From positions 1,230,001-1,262,000 of the forward strand of contig NZ_CP013213.1 of assembly GCF_001545095.1 (NCBI RefSeq): a stretch of DNA of 32,000 nt, in the 5' to 3' direction. The stretch's first letter is position 1, and each line of letters opens with the position of its first letter. The translations under genes and the position numbers were made by a program. The notes below the pieces were generated by a model. The model worked only from the letters and a program-made list of their open reading frames with translations, did no database searches and was not told the DNA's origin. This document shows, piece after piece, positions 1 to 9,519 of the stretch. The stretch is from Erysipelothrix larvae (GTDB taxonomy: Bacteria > Bacillota_I > Bacilli_A > Erysipelotrichales > Erysipelotrichaceae).

Positions 1-487
1 TTTCTACGACATCAAACAATTCTGCTTTTGCAGCGTCTACTGACATATTTGATACGCGTTCTAATTCTGCAAGTTGTACATCAATTCTTTCTTGAAGTAC
101 ACTCTCCATCTTATCCAATGAAGCTTTCTTGGACTCTAATTCACGTTGTTTTTTACTAATTTCTTTTTCTTTTTCAACTAGATTTGCATCTTTAAAACTC
201 AGGTTATCTTCACGTCTCCCAAGTTTATTTTCAAAATCTTGTAGTTCTTTTCGTTGAACTTTAAGTTCTTTTTCTGCATTCAGTTTAATCTCATAAGCCT
301 GTGTCTTCGCTTCTAAAGTAGCTTGGCGAACATGGTTATCAGCTTTTGTCTGTGCTTCGTTCATTAGGTTACGTGCTTCCATACGTGCACGATTTAATCC
401 AAGTCTATCCATTACAATTGTAATTACGATTGTAACGACTAATACTATCAATGCGGATAAGATGCCAATCAATAATTCTTTTGGCAT
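1..487 (-). CDS. rny: Ribonuclease Y, N-terminal part (gene continues beyond the left edge of the window)
   Basis: Reverse-strand translation from the ATG (complement of 485-487) gives MPKELLIGILSALIVLVVTIVITIV (single N-terminal TM anchor). It is followed by a long charged coiled-coil (...EAKTQAYEIKLNAEKELKVQRKELQDFENKLGRREDNL...AELERVSNMSVDAAKAELFDVVE) that matches the RNase Y N-terminal architecture. RBS GGAGAGAA lies upstream. The frame is open to position 1. Confidence 0.8.
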   Translation of the reverse strand, partial: MPKELLIGILSALIVLVVTIVITIVMDRLGLNRARMEARNLMNEAQTKADNHVRQATLEAKTQAYEIKLNAEKELKVQRKELQDFENKLGRREDNLSFKDANLVEKEKEISKKQRELESKKASLDKMESVLQERIDVQLAELERVSNMSVDAAKAELFDVVE

Positions 488-651
488 ATTTTCTCTCCTA
501 AATTTTTTTATCATTAGTTTCCTAATACATATATAATACTTTATTTTCGCTGTTTTCACAAGTTGAAAGTGTTATATTGTGTGATTTAAAATCTTGTTTG
601 ATTATTGATTTTAAGTATGGTATCGTTAAATTTGAATTACAGGAGGAAAAC

Positions 652-1839
652 ATGAAACAACGCAACCGATGGTTGTTACCGATACTTGCAATTTTGATTG
701 TTGTATTTGGTGGTAGCCTTACTTACATTGCATTAAATAAAAACAAACAACCTGATATTGTTAAACCGACACCTGATCCAACACCTGAACCAACACCAGA
801 TCCTGTTGATAAAGTTACAAGTGTGGATGTATTAACACTGGGTGATTTATTATATCATCAGTCATTTCTAGGAGATCCTTCTGTTGATGCATTCTCTTTA
901 AATTTCAAGCATATGACATCGTATTTTGATGCTTCAGACCTTGTAATAGGAAATTATGAGACTACAACAAACCCAAACATGCAATATCAAGGATATCCAT
1001 TGCTCAACACACCTAAAGAAGCGATTACAGCTATCAAAAACGCAGGTATTGATGTATTAAACACCAACAACAACCACAGCATGGATTCTCGTTTAGAAGG
1101 CGTGAAAACAACGCTGGAACACATTCGTGCTGAAGGACTTAAAACTGTTGGAACAAATCTTGCTGGCGAAGACAAACGTCTTGACTTAGAAATCAATGAA
1201 ATTAAGATTGGAATTCTATCTTATAGCTTTGGTTACAATGGTTTTGAAGCTAACTTGACTCATGAAGAAATGACTACTTTATTATCGGTCATTGATGAAG
1301 GTCTTATGAAATCACAGATTGCAGAAAGTAAAGCAAAAAATGATGCAACCTTAGTAATCATGCACTGGGGTGTTGAATATCAAATCAATGCAAATTCAAA
1401 CCAAAAAGCATTGGCACAGAAACTCGCTGAATGGGGTGTTGATGTTGTTATTGGCGGACACCCACACGTCGTACAAGAAACTGAAATGATTGATAATACT
1501 TATGTGATCTATTCATTAGGAAACTTTGTATCCAACCAACGCTATGAATCGCTCAAAAGCGAGCCTGAAGTTACTGATGCATACGAAACAGAACGCGGGC
1601 TTGTCGCTGGATTTACAATCACAAAAGACCACCAATCCGGTAAAGTCACAATTGATAACAAAACATACATTCCAACATGGGTGAATCGTTACGAAATTAA
1701 TGGAAATCGTTATTATGAAGTAATCCCAACTGAAGACTATATTGCAGACTCTAGCAAATTTGATCACATCACAAGTGATTTAGACACTCGTATACGAAAA
1801 ACACAACAAATTATCATGGACCGTGTCAGTGGTTCTTAA
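652..1839 (+). CDS. CapA-family (PGA_cap) membrane-anchored metallophosphoesterase-like protein
   Basis: AGGAGG RBS at 641-646 sits 5 nt upstream of the ATG at 652; the TTG at 577 in the ORF track is an unlikely extension. The protein has an N-terminal TM segment, a PTPDPTPEPTPDP linker, then CapA-type motifs (LGDLLYH, NNNHSMDS, MHWGVEY, GGHPHVVQ, GNFVSNQ). Confidence 0.75.
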   Translation: MKQRNRWLLPILAILIVVFGGSLTYIALNKNKQPDIVKPTPDPTPEPTPDPVDKVTSVDVLTLGDLLYHQSFLGDPSVDAFSLNFKHMTSYFDASDLVIGNYETTTNPNMQYQGYPLLNTPKEAITAIKNAGIDVLNTNNNHSMDSRLEGVKTTLEHIRAEGLKTVGTNLAGEDKRLDLEINEIKIGILSYSFGYNGFEANLTHEEMTTLLSVIDEGLMKSQIAESKAKNDATLVIMHWGVEYQINANSNQKALAQKLAEWGVDVVIGGHPHVVQETEMIDNTYVIYSLGNFVSNQRYESLKSEPEVTDAYETERGLVAGFTITKDHQSGKVTIDNKTYIPTWVNRYEINGNRYYEVIPTEDYIADSSKFDHITSDLDTRIRKTQQIIMDRVSGS

Positions 1840-1842
1840 CGA

Positions 1843-1872
1843 AAAAGAAGCAGAAATTTCTGCTTCTTTTCA
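1843..1872. terminator. Bidirectional rho-independent terminator between convergent capA-like and DUF4256 genes
   Basis: Perfect palindrome AAGAAGCAGAAA|TTTCTGCTTCTT, flanked by an A-run on one side and a T-run on the other. Confidence 0.7.
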
Positions 1873-1876
1873 TATT

Positions 1877-2443
1877 CTATGACCGTTTAATTACAATTTT
1901 TACTCTAAATCCACGTGAACTATAATAAGAATCCGCACCATTATGGTATACAAAGACAGTATTATATCTAAAATCACAAAACAACGCTCCACCTAGGTCT
2001 CGAATGGGAAGTGGTGTTAAAATCCACGACGATGTTTTCTTATCAAACTGCCCTACTTCTTGAAGCTTCCGGTAATCTTTTTCATCAAGTAGTTTAGCTC
2101 CCATCGCTTTAGCAATCGTGAGTGCATCGGTTTCAGGTGGAAACTTCTTTCGTGTGAGTCTCGCCAGCTCATCATAACAAACGTTTCTTCTTCCCTTTGG
2201 TGATTCTTCTGAACAATCCATAAATACTATATCTTGTGATTCATCACATTGAACAACATCTGGTTCACCCTGTGTCAGTTCCATTTGACTTAAGGTGTAT
2301 AAAACAGTTTCATGAGTATTTAAGACTGTTTCAACTTCATTCCACGTAAGTGATGGGTGTCTTTCCTTATGGGCATTAAATCTAGTTTTAAGTGTAACTA
2401 TGAGTGTTTCTTTTTCTAAGGCACTCAAATGTTTTTGTGACAT
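1877..2443 (-). CDS. DUF4256 domain-containing protein (function unknown)
   Basis: The translation carries the blocks I recognise from the DUF4256 family: GEPDVV, CSEESPKGRRNVCYD, KTSSWILTP..IRDLGGALFCDFRYNTVFVYHNGADSYYSSRGFR. The likely start is MSQKH (ATG at 2443), 7 nt after a GGGAG RBS. The ORF-track start at 2467 is probably too far upstream. Confidence 0.8.
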   Translation of the reverse strand: MSQKHLSALEKETLIVTLKTRFNAHKERHPSLTWNEVETVLNTHETVLYTLSQMELTQGEPDVVQCDESQDIVFMDCSEESPKGRRNVCYDELARLTRKKFPPETDALTIAKAMGAKLLDEKDYRKLQEVGQFDKKTSSWILTPLPIRDLGGALFCDFRYNTVFVYHNGADSYYSSRGFRVKIVIKRS

Positions 2444-2537
2444 AGTCATTCTCCCTTTATTCTTCAATTAAATCTTAAGGAATATGATGCCCATTTACAA
2501 CTTATATAACCAAAAACTGCACTAAATATATATATTT

Positions 2538-3968
2538 TTAATCAAAGATCTCTTTGCACAGCTCATTATTTTTAATTTCACTCAATTGATTAAACAACGA
2601 AGCAACCACCAAAACACCATTACTAAACGGGAAATGAATAATTTTCGGGTCGTTATCGATCATGGTATCACTCATAATGAGATCATACTTATTTTTTCTG
2701 AGTTCATGCTTATAATCATTCTCATGTGCAATTACAATTTCTGGATCAATTTTCATAATTCGCAATAACTCAACCAGTTTATCATTTGTAAACTGAAGGT
2801 GTTGGTTGTAATAACGACTCAAAAATAAGATCTTCTTTTTTGGAATGAATAGAAAATCACCCACATTAATGACTACCCAGTAAAACAATAAATTACGATA
2901 CAACGATAGATCTACGTTCAGATTTTTAGATGCTATTGATAAAAAGTGATCAAAATTTTGAATGAGTTCGTCATTAATCATTGTAAACTCTCTAAAGAAA
3001 TCTGAAATTGTGAGTGAAAGACCACTGATATTAAACGGAAACAATTCATATAGGTATACACCTATAGACATAATTTGTCGTAATGTATCAAGTTGTTGTG
3101 CAGATAATGACTCTTTAAAACAAAGCGAACACTGTGTCTCATACTGGTCAAGAATTTCTTTCATCTTTTTCTTAGAAACAAGCGATTTTGAACTTTCAAT
3201 CATGTCACGATATTGAATAAGCGCTTCAATTACTGTTTGTTTTGTAACATTTGGTAACTCAGATTGAAGCAAGCTTAAATCCCCTTTTGTAAGTTTTACT
3301 TTCTTGGATTGGGCTTCATAATCAAGCACTTCACACTTTGTAACCGGATCTGATTGGCGAATAACAAAAATGGAAAACAGTGCACACTGATACGTATCTT
3401 CCCACAATTCAGTATCTTCAACATGCGCAAAATGCAATTGGTTTTTATTGAGTATTCGTGAAATTGGACTGTATAATGAAATTAATTCATCACTACTCTC
3501 AGTATGCGTTGCCACAAGATAAAAGAAAACAAAGATACGAAAACGCATTTCATGTGTTGCGAATATATGGTAACCATCATTCACAGCGATTTTACCTCCG
3601 TAGCGACATAATGCATTATTCAATAGAATCACCTGTTTGTAGAAGTTAGCACGGCTCATTGAAAGTTGACTGCTGTAGTAATGTGCTTGTTTTCCATTAT
3701 TCATTAAGAGCAATCGAAACACCTTACCAAATAACGAATCCGTCATGATGGTGTTGTGAAGCGACATGCGTGTATCTTTATCAATATTTGTTACGATGCA
3801 TCCATCTTCACCAATTAGGTTACATTTTTGCAAGTCGTTTTTTAATGTTGATTCTGATGTGTCCAGTTTCTTCGCCAGGTCTGACAACGTAAATGGATCT
3901 TGAGAATAATAGAGTGTGTTCAACATCTTCAGCTTTCGCTTAATATGAAATTCTAGGGGGATATTCAT
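2538..3968 (-). CDS. Mga/AtxA-like (PRD-containing-virulence-regulator type) stand-alone transcriptional regulator
   Basis: 476 aa. Two N-terminal HTH-like segments (FTLSDLAKKLDTSESTLKNDLQK; QLSMSRANFYKQVILLNNAL), a long helical central part, and a C-terminal EIIB-like segment (KKKILFLSRYY...YDLIMSDTMI). The size and layout fit the Mga/AtxA/MafR family. RBS AAAGGAGA precedes the ATG. The call rests on architecture only. Confidence 0.55.
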   Translation of the reverse strand: MNIPLEFHIKRKLKMLNTLYYSQDPFTLSDLAKKLDTSESTLKNDLQKCNLIGEDGCIVTNIDKDTRMSLHNTIMTDSLFGKVFRLLLMNNGKQAHYYSSQLSMSRANFYKQVILLNNALCRYGGKIAVNDGYHIFATHEMRFRIFVFFYLVATHTESSDELISLYSPISRILNKNQLHFAHVEDTELWEDTYQCALFSIFVIRQSDPVTKCEVLDYEAQSKKVKLTKGDLSLLQSELPNVTKQTVIEALIQYRDMIESSKSLVSKKKMKEILDQYETQCSLCFKESLSAQQLDTLRQIMSIGVYLYELFPFNISGLSLTISDFFREFTMINDELIQNFDHFLSIASKNLNVDLSLYRNLLFYWVVINVGDFLFIPKKKILFLSRYYNQHLQFTNDKLVELLRIMKIDPEIVIAHENDYKHELRKNKYDLIMSDTMIDNDPKIIHFPFSNGVLVVASLFNQLSEIKNNELCKEIFD

Positions 3969-4163
3969 GGCGTCTCCTTTCTAAGTTAGGTTGTTTATAC
4001 TTTAATAATTTTTTTATATTAAACTTAAGACATCTAACTGATTAAATGGGTAAATCATTGAGGATTCTATATATAAATATTATATATCTAGAATTCAAAA
4101 CCATTTTTCAAGGAGATGAAATTTTTTTATACAAATATTGGAACGTAACTTGACGCAAATAAT

Positions 4164-4190
4164 ACGAAAAGAGCAGAGAAATTCTGCTCT
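4164..4190 (-). terminator. Rho-independent terminator downstream of the surface-protein gene
   Basis: On the minus strand the hairpin AGAGCAGA-ATTTC-TCTGCTCT is followed by TTTTCG, 8 nt after the stop codon. Confidence 0.65.
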
Positions 4191-4197
4191 AATCATT

Positions 4198-7100
4198 TTA
4201 GTTTTCTTTCTTGCGGTACCCTTTGTTTACAAGAAGTAATACAAGTCCAAATAATACAGATAATGCAGGTGCAAAATTTGTACTTAATCCAGTTGCTGGT
4301 AATTTACCAGTGTTTGTAGGAGTTTTACTTGTATCACTTGGATTGGATACTTTTGAAGTGTCTGTAGAAGGTGTTTTACCATTATCAGGTTTTGGTGTCA
4401 CATCTTTGTCAGGTGTTGTAGGTTTGTCAGTGTCTGGTGTTGTAGGTTTGCCAGTGTCTGGAGTTTGAGGTCCAACTGGTTTACCTTCATCATTTTTAGT
4501 GTATACATAGCGAACGATTTGATCTTCATCAGATATTTCGCCTTTCACATTGCCATCTACTCGACTCAATGTGTACCCTACAATTTCAAGTGCTGCACTT
4601 TCATATGCATCTCCAACATGACCATTGAAGACTACTGATTCATTAAGTTCAACGCCATTCTCATCTTCGTAAACAACAACAACAGGTTTTCCTACTTTAA
4701 GCCAAGTTGCAACTAATGTTACATCACCCATTTGTTCTTTTGAAATTGATTCAATTGAATTATTTTCTACATCGAGCCAACCCATGAATGTATAGCCATC
4801 GCGAGTTGGTGCAACAAATGAATCTACGCCAATACCATAGGTATACTCGGAAGGATTCGATGCATCATTTACTCCGCCATTAAGTTCGTAGTTGATTGAA
4901 TAAACTTCAGCTTCAAATACAGCATAGAGTGTCACATCACCCATTTGTTTCTTACTGATTTGAGATACTGGGTTTAAATTCTCATCAACCCATCCGATGA
5001 ATTTGAATCCATCTTTGGTCGGATTTTCAAATGATTTAACACCCTTACCATAAACGTAGTGTGTTGGATTTGACGGTGCATTCACACCACCATCAAGAAC
5101 ATATTCAATCGAATATTCATTAACTTTCCAAACTGCTTTTAATGTTACAGGTCCCATTGATTTTGAACTAATCTCAGTGACTGTTCGACCTTTTTCATCA
5201 ACCCATTTAACAAAAGTGTACCCTTTTCTAACAGGATCAGCAAAGGAATCAACGCCAATACTATAGGTATAGTCTTTTGGATTGTCGGTTGAATTTCTAC
5301 CGCCATTTAGGACATATTTGATTGGATAAACATTTGCTTGCCATTTCGCAACAAGTGTAAGATGACCTGTTGATCCTTTAGGAATGCTCACAACTTTATT
5401 TTCGCCATCATACCAACCTAAGAATGTATAACCCTTACGTGTTGGATTGTTGAAGTGTTTCACACCTGTTTCAATGGTATAGAATTTAGGATTGTCAACT
5501 TTTGATCCATCTGGATTTACATAGGTAATTTGGTATCTAGTCGCTACCCATTTCGCAACAAGTTCAATATTTCCTGTTGAGCCTTTGCGGATGGTATCAA
5601 CTCGATCTTTTCCATTGAACCAACCTGCAAAATCATAGCCTTTACGTGTTGGATTTTGAAGTCTAATTGTATTTGACTCAATCGTATAGCTTGTTGGATT
5701 GTCTTGGTGATTCGTACCGCCACCAAGTACATATGTGATGGTGTATTTTGTAAGACTCCATTTCGCAACAAGTGTAAGATGACCTGTTGTTCCTTTAGGA
5801 ATGTTCACAACTCTATTTTCGCCATTATACCAACCTTCAAAATCATAACCTTTACGTGTTGGATTGTTAAAACTGTCCACACCGGTTTCAATGGTATAAG
5901 TCGAAGGATTTTTAACTTTTGATCCATAAGGATTCACATATGTAATTTTGTAAGGAATTACTTTCCATTTCGCAACGAGTGTAATATGTCCAGTTGAACC
6001 TTTACGGATGGTATCAACTTTTTGATTATCCCCATTGTACCAACCTACAAAATCATAACCAAGACGCGTTGGATTTTGAAGTTTAATTGTATTTGACTCC
6101 ATGGTATAACTTGTTGGATTATTTTTGTGATTGGTTCCACCATCAAGTACATATGTGATGGTGTATTTTGAAAGACTCCATTTTGCAAAAAGCTCTACAT
6201 TTCCAGTTGAACCTTTACGGATGGAATAAACTCGATCTTTACCATTGAACCAACCTTCAAAGTCATAGCCTTTACGTGTAGGTGCTTGAAGGATGATTGT
6301 ATCGGATTCAATCGTATAACTCGTTGGATTATCTTTATGATTTGTTCCACCACCTAGTTTATAAGTAATGGTGTAAGGATTTGCTTCCCATTTCGCAACA
6401 AGTGTAAGATGACCTGTTGTTCCTTTAGGAATGCTCACAACTCTGTCCTCACCATTATACCAACCTAAGAATGTGTAACCTTTACGTGTTGGATTATTGA
6501 AACTCTTAATAGTAGTTTCGACGGTGTATGTTGTAGGATTTTGAACTTTTGATCCATAAGGATTCACATACGTAATCTTGTAAGGAATTACTTTCCATTT
6601 CGCAACAAGTGTTATATTTCCAGTTGAACCTTTACGGATGGTATCAACTTTTTGATTTTGCTCATTGTACCAACCTACAAAATCATAGCCTTTACGTGTA
6701 GGTGCTTGAAGAATAATTGTATTTGACTCAATCGTATAGCTTGTTGGATTGTCTTGGTGATTTGTTCCACCACCTAGTTTATAAGTAATGGTGTAAGGAT
6801 TTGCTTCCCATTTCGCAACAAGTGTAAGATGACCTGTTGTTCCTTTAGGAATGCTCACAACTCTGTCCTCACCATTATACCAACCTAAGAATGTGTAACC
6901 CTTACGTGTTGGATTATTGAAACTCTTAATAGTAGTTTCGACGGTGTATGTTGTAGGATTTTGAACTTTTGATCCATAAGGATTCACATACGTAATCTTG
7001 TAAGGAATTACTTTCCATTTCGCAACGAGTGTAATATGTCCAGTTGAACCTTTACGGATGGTATCAACTTTTTGATTATCCTCATTGTACCAACCTACAA

Positions 7101-9018
7101 AATCATAACCAAGACGTGTTGGATTTTGAAGTTTAATTGTATTTGACTCCATGGTATAACTTGTTGGATTATTTTTGTGATTGGTTCCACCATCAAGTAC
7201 ATATGTGATGGTGTATTTTGAAAGACTCCATTTCGCAAAAAGCTCTAGATTTCCAGTTGAACCTTTACGGATGGAATAAACTCGATCTTTACCATTGAAC
7301 CAACCTTCAAAGTCATAGCCTTTACGTGTAGGTGCTTGAAGGATGATTGTATCGGATTCAATCGTATAGCTCGTTGGATTATCTTTATGATTTGTTCCAC
7401 CACCTAGTTTATAGGTAATGGTGTAAGGATTTGCTTGCCATTTCGCAACAAGTGTAAGATGACCTGTTGATCCTTTAGGAATGCTCACAACTTTATCCTC
7501 ACCATTATACCAACCTAAGAATGTGTAACCCTTACGTGTTGCTTCATGTAGTCGAATTGTATTTGACTCAAAGGTATATTTTGTTGGATTATCTTTGTGA
7601 TTTGTTCCGCCATCAAGTTCATATGTAATGGTGTATTTATCAAGTCTCCATTGTGCCTTTAAGATAATGTCTTGTTTTAATCTAGAATTAATTGATGTTA
7701 CCAAGTCACGTCCATTGTACCAACCTAAGAATTCATATCCTTCACGTGTTGGATCCTTTAATTGAATGGTACCATCTTCTTGAGTATAGTAACTTGGATT
7801 TTCAGGATGGTTTGTTCCACCGTTAAGTTGATAAGTTATCGTATATCGTTTTAATTCCCATTTTGCTTCAAGTGTAAGATTCCCAGTTGATCCATTAGGA
7901 ATGCTCTCAACTTTTTCTTCTCCGTTATACCAACCCAAGAAGTTATATCCATTGCGTGTTGGTTCATTAAAACTCAAAATCTCTGATTCTACAGTATATG
8001 AACTTGGATTATTTACATTTGATCCAAATGGATTCACATAAGTAATTGTATAAGGGATTACTTTCCAATTCGCAACATACTCAACATTCTCATCTGCTTT
8101 TGCTGACACGATTGGTGACCATGAATCAAAGATATAACCTGGTTCACAATTTAACAAATCACCTTCAAATGCAGGAGTATCTGATCCTTTATTTACAACT
8201 GTAACTTGTGGATCAAATTTACCTTTCAATCCTGCAGAATAAGTTACTGTAACGTTTGTAGCTTTCTTAACCCAAATTGCTGTATAGGTTACTTTCTTTG
8301 CATCAACTGTAGGTTTAACTTCAGGATCCCATCGTAAGAATTCATATCCATCTTTGCAATCGAATGAACCTGTATATTCAGGTGTTGGTGCGCCTATAGT
8401 GGTACTGATATGAGTCGTACTAAACGTCCCTTCTTTCCCAGACTGGTATGTCACAGTAGCTGCTTCAGGTTTAGGTGCACGTGCAGTTGGTTCCTCAGAA
8501 GTCGCATCAAATGAAATAGAACGTAATATACCACCGATTTCTATATCTTTAGTAATACTTTGACTCACCGTTGTAGAGAATACATTTGCTTTAGTAGTTA
8601 AGGAAGTTGATACATAAGATGTACCTTCTACTGAATCAGAGAATTCTACTTCAAGTTTACCATTGTAAATGCGCCATAACCCTTGAACATCACCTTCACT
8701 ACCAAAATGAGTGAAGTCAGTGTTATTGATTGTTAGTTCATCAATTTCTGGCAATTGCACGCTAAAGTAGTCTCCTTCTTTTAGTGTGCTTTCATAAACA
8801 TCCAGTTCAAAACTAAATGTTAATCCAATTGTTTCTTCAGATTTTATTGGTGTTTTATCACTATCAATTTCCGCTTCGTCAGTGTTAATTAACTTCCAAT
8901 TGGTTATATTAACAACTTTAGAGTAATCAGTACCATCACTTGCGGAAATGTTCGTAGCGAATGTACTACTAAAAAGAATTACAAACGTCAGTAAGACATT
9001 TAAAATCTTTTTCTTCAT
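4198..9018 (-). CDS. Giant LPXTG-anchored surface protein (1606 aa): signal peptide, Cna-like N-terminal domain, about 18 Listeria-Bacteroides (Flg_new/InlB-B type) repeats, MucBP-like domain, Pro/Thr/Lys stalk, LPATG sorting signal
   Basis: RBS GAGGAGGG precedes the ATG. Signal peptide MKKKILNVLLTFVILFSSTFATNISA. About 70-aa repeats with the hallmark Y.I.Y.L.GG.....NP..YT.E...I.L..PTR.GY.F.GWY......V..I..GSTG...L.AKW. MucBP-like segment KPVVVVYEDENGVEL...VRYVYTKN (about 4492-4689). KPTTPDTD stalk. LPATG (4288-4302), then a hydrophobic segment and a KGYRKKEN tail. Confidence 0.9.
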   Translation of the reverse strand: MKKKILNVLLTFVILFSSTFATNISASDGTDYSKVVNITNWKLINTDEAEIDSDKTPIKSEETIGLTFSFELDVYESTLKEGDYFSVQLPEIDELTINNTDFTHFGSEGDVQGLWRIYNGKLEVEFSDSVEGTSYVSTSLTTKANVFSTTVSQSITKDIEIGGILRSISFDATSEEPTARAPKPEAATVTYQSGKEGTFSTTHISTTIGAPTPEYTGSFDCKDGYEFLRWDPEVKPTVDAKKVTYTAIWVKKATNVTVTYSAGLKGKFDPQVTVVNKGSDTPAFEGDLLNCEPGYIFDSWSPIVSAKADENVEYVANWKVIPYTITYVNPFGSNVNNPSSYTVESEILSFNEPTRNGYNFLGWYNGEEKVESIPNGSTGNLTLEAKWELKRYTITYQLNGGTNHPENPSYYTQEDGTIQLKDPTREGYEFLGWYNGRDLVTSINSRLKQDIILKAQWRLDKYTITYELDGGTNHKDNPTKYTFESNTIRLHEATRKGYTFLGWYNGEDKVVSIPKGSTGHLTLVAKWQANPYTITYKLGGGTNHKDNPTSYTIESDTIILQAPTRKGYDFEGWFNGKDRVYSIRKGSTGNLELFAKWSLSKYTITYVLDGGTNHKNNPTSYTMESNTIKLQNPTRLGYDFVGWYNEDNQKVDTIRKGSTGHITLVAKWKVIPYKITYVNPYGSKVQNPTTYTVETTIKSFNNPTRKGYTFLGWYNGEDRVVSIPKGTTGHLTLVAKWEANPYTITYKLGGGTNHQDNPTSYTIESNTIILQAPTRKGYDFVGWYNEQNQKVDTIRKGSTGNITLVAKWKVIPYKITYVNPYGSKVQNPTTYTVETTIKSFNNPTRKGYTFLGWYNGEDRVVSIPKGTTGHLTLVAKWEANPYTITYKLGGGTNHKDNPTSYTIESDTIILQAPTRKGYDFEGWFNGKDRVYSIRKGSTGNVELFAKWSLSKYTITYVLDGGTNHKNNPTSYTMESNTIKLQNPTRLGYDFVGWYNGDNQKVDTIRKGSTGHITLVAKWKVIPYKITYVNPYGSKVKNPSTYTIETGVDSFNNPTRKGYDFEGWYNGENRVVNIPKGTTGHLTLVAKWSLTKYTITYVLGGGTNHQDNPTSYTIESNTIRLQNPTRKGYDFAGWFNGKDRVDTIRKGSTGNIELVAKWVATRYQITYVNPDGSKVDNPKFYTIETGVKHFNNPTRKGYTFLGWYDGENKVVSIPKGSTGHLTLVAKWQANVYPIKYVLNGGRNSTDNPKDYTYSIGVDSFADPVRKGYTFVKWVDEKGRTVTEISSKSMGPVTLKAVWKVNEYSIEYVLDGGVNAPSNPTHYVYGKGVKSFENPTKDGFKFIGWVDENLNPVSQISKKQMGDVTLYAVFEAEVYSINYELNGGVNDASNPSEYTYGIGVDSFVAPTRDGYTFMGWLDVENNSIESISKEQMGDVTLVATWLKVGKPVVVVYEDENGVELNESVVFNGHVGDAYESAALEIVGYTLSRVDGNVKGEISDEDQIVRYVYTKNDEGKPVGPQTPDTGKPTTPDTDKPTTPDKDVTPKPDNGKTPSTDTSKVSNPSDTSKTPTNTGKLPATGLSTNFAPALSVLFGLVLLLVNKGYRKKEN
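4693..8058 (-). repeat. In-frame tandem array of about 16 x 210-bp (70-aa) Flg_new repeat units inside the adhesin gene
   Basis: A 210-bp periodicity is visible in both DNA and protein. Two more divergent units lie further 5' in the gene (about 8059-8490). Confidence 0.85.
5921..7540 (-). repeat. Near-identical higher-order repeats within the array (1050-bp and 420-bp registers)
   Basis: By-eye alignment. 5941-6480 against 6991-7530 (offset 1050 bp = 5 units) differ at roughly a dozen positions over about 540 nt. 6361-6600 against 6781-7020 (offset 420 bp = 2 units) differ at a single position (6481 t versus 6901 c). Confidence 0.85.
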
Positions 9019-9404
9019 AAATAGCCCTCCTCTTATGGAGTAGAAAGTGTGTATTATACAAGAATAATCATCGCTATATACTTCCCCTATATAGAAATTA
9101 ACCCACTAATATCCCACAGCTCCTACTATAAATTCATTATAGGTCTATTTATAAACGGTATTTATTATGAAGTTTTTAGGGTTAAATTGAATTTTTTATT
9201 AAAAAAATCTATGACTTCGTTAATAAAATCACAGATTATTAATACAATATTTGGTTATAGATTATAATAATATATAAAATAAATGTATCTTATTAGTTAA
9301 CTTGACTTGTTAGACCCTTTTTGCTTTCTCATTTTAGTAATTAATGTGCGATGAACTGGGAATAAATTGAACACTCCTTCATACTTGAACAGGATGATAA
9401 CCTA

Positions 9405-9437
9405 ATAAAAAAAAAGACACGTTTTCGTGTCTTTTTG
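9405..9437 (-). terminator. Rho-independent terminator after murJ (hairpin is symmetric and could act bidirectionally)
   Basis: AAAGACACG-TTT-TCGTGTCTTT hairpin. On the minus strand it is followed by a 9-nt U-run (plus-strand A-run 9407-9415). On the plus strand it is followed by TTTTT. Confidence 0.75.
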
Positions 9438-9519
9438 ATGTTAAATATGTCGGCAATATGATTTATAAAACTTACTCAAATATAAATCATTGGATTTTCA
9501 GTTCTATAATACGGTTATC

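Noticed and set aside
577-651. N-terminal extensions suggested by the ORF track. Examples: capA-like from TTG 577, thiI from 30606, xerC from 21475, SBP-permease from 18528, the CBS protein from TTG 12728, and lepB from TTG 27532.
   Set aside because: In each case an internal ATG has a properly spaced Shine-Dalgarno sequence and yields the canonical family N-terminus or signal peptide. The extensions overlap upstream genes or lack an RBS.
1849-4187. The terminators at 1843-1872 and 4164-4190 share an AGCAGA..TTCTGCT core, which could suggest a dispersed repeat element (REP-like).
   Set aside because: There are only two copies in the window, the shared core is short, and the loops and flanks differ. 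This is most simply explained as two independent terminators.
4693-8058. Regular 210-bp periodicity could suggest a CRISPR-like or satellite repeat array.
   Set aside because: Every unit is in frame within one 1606-aa ORF and encodes the Flg_new (Listeria-Bacteroides) repeat. There is no repeat/spacer alternation, so these are coding repeats.
9049-9267. 72-aa plus-strand ORF in the AT-rich region upstream of the adhesin, plus tiny ORFs and a possible gene remnant around 9330-9400.
   Set aside because: The translation is dominated by I/Y/F/N/K from AT-rich DNA, and there is no RBS. The tiny ORFs (11-12 aa) have no support. This is treated as non-coding regulatory DNA.
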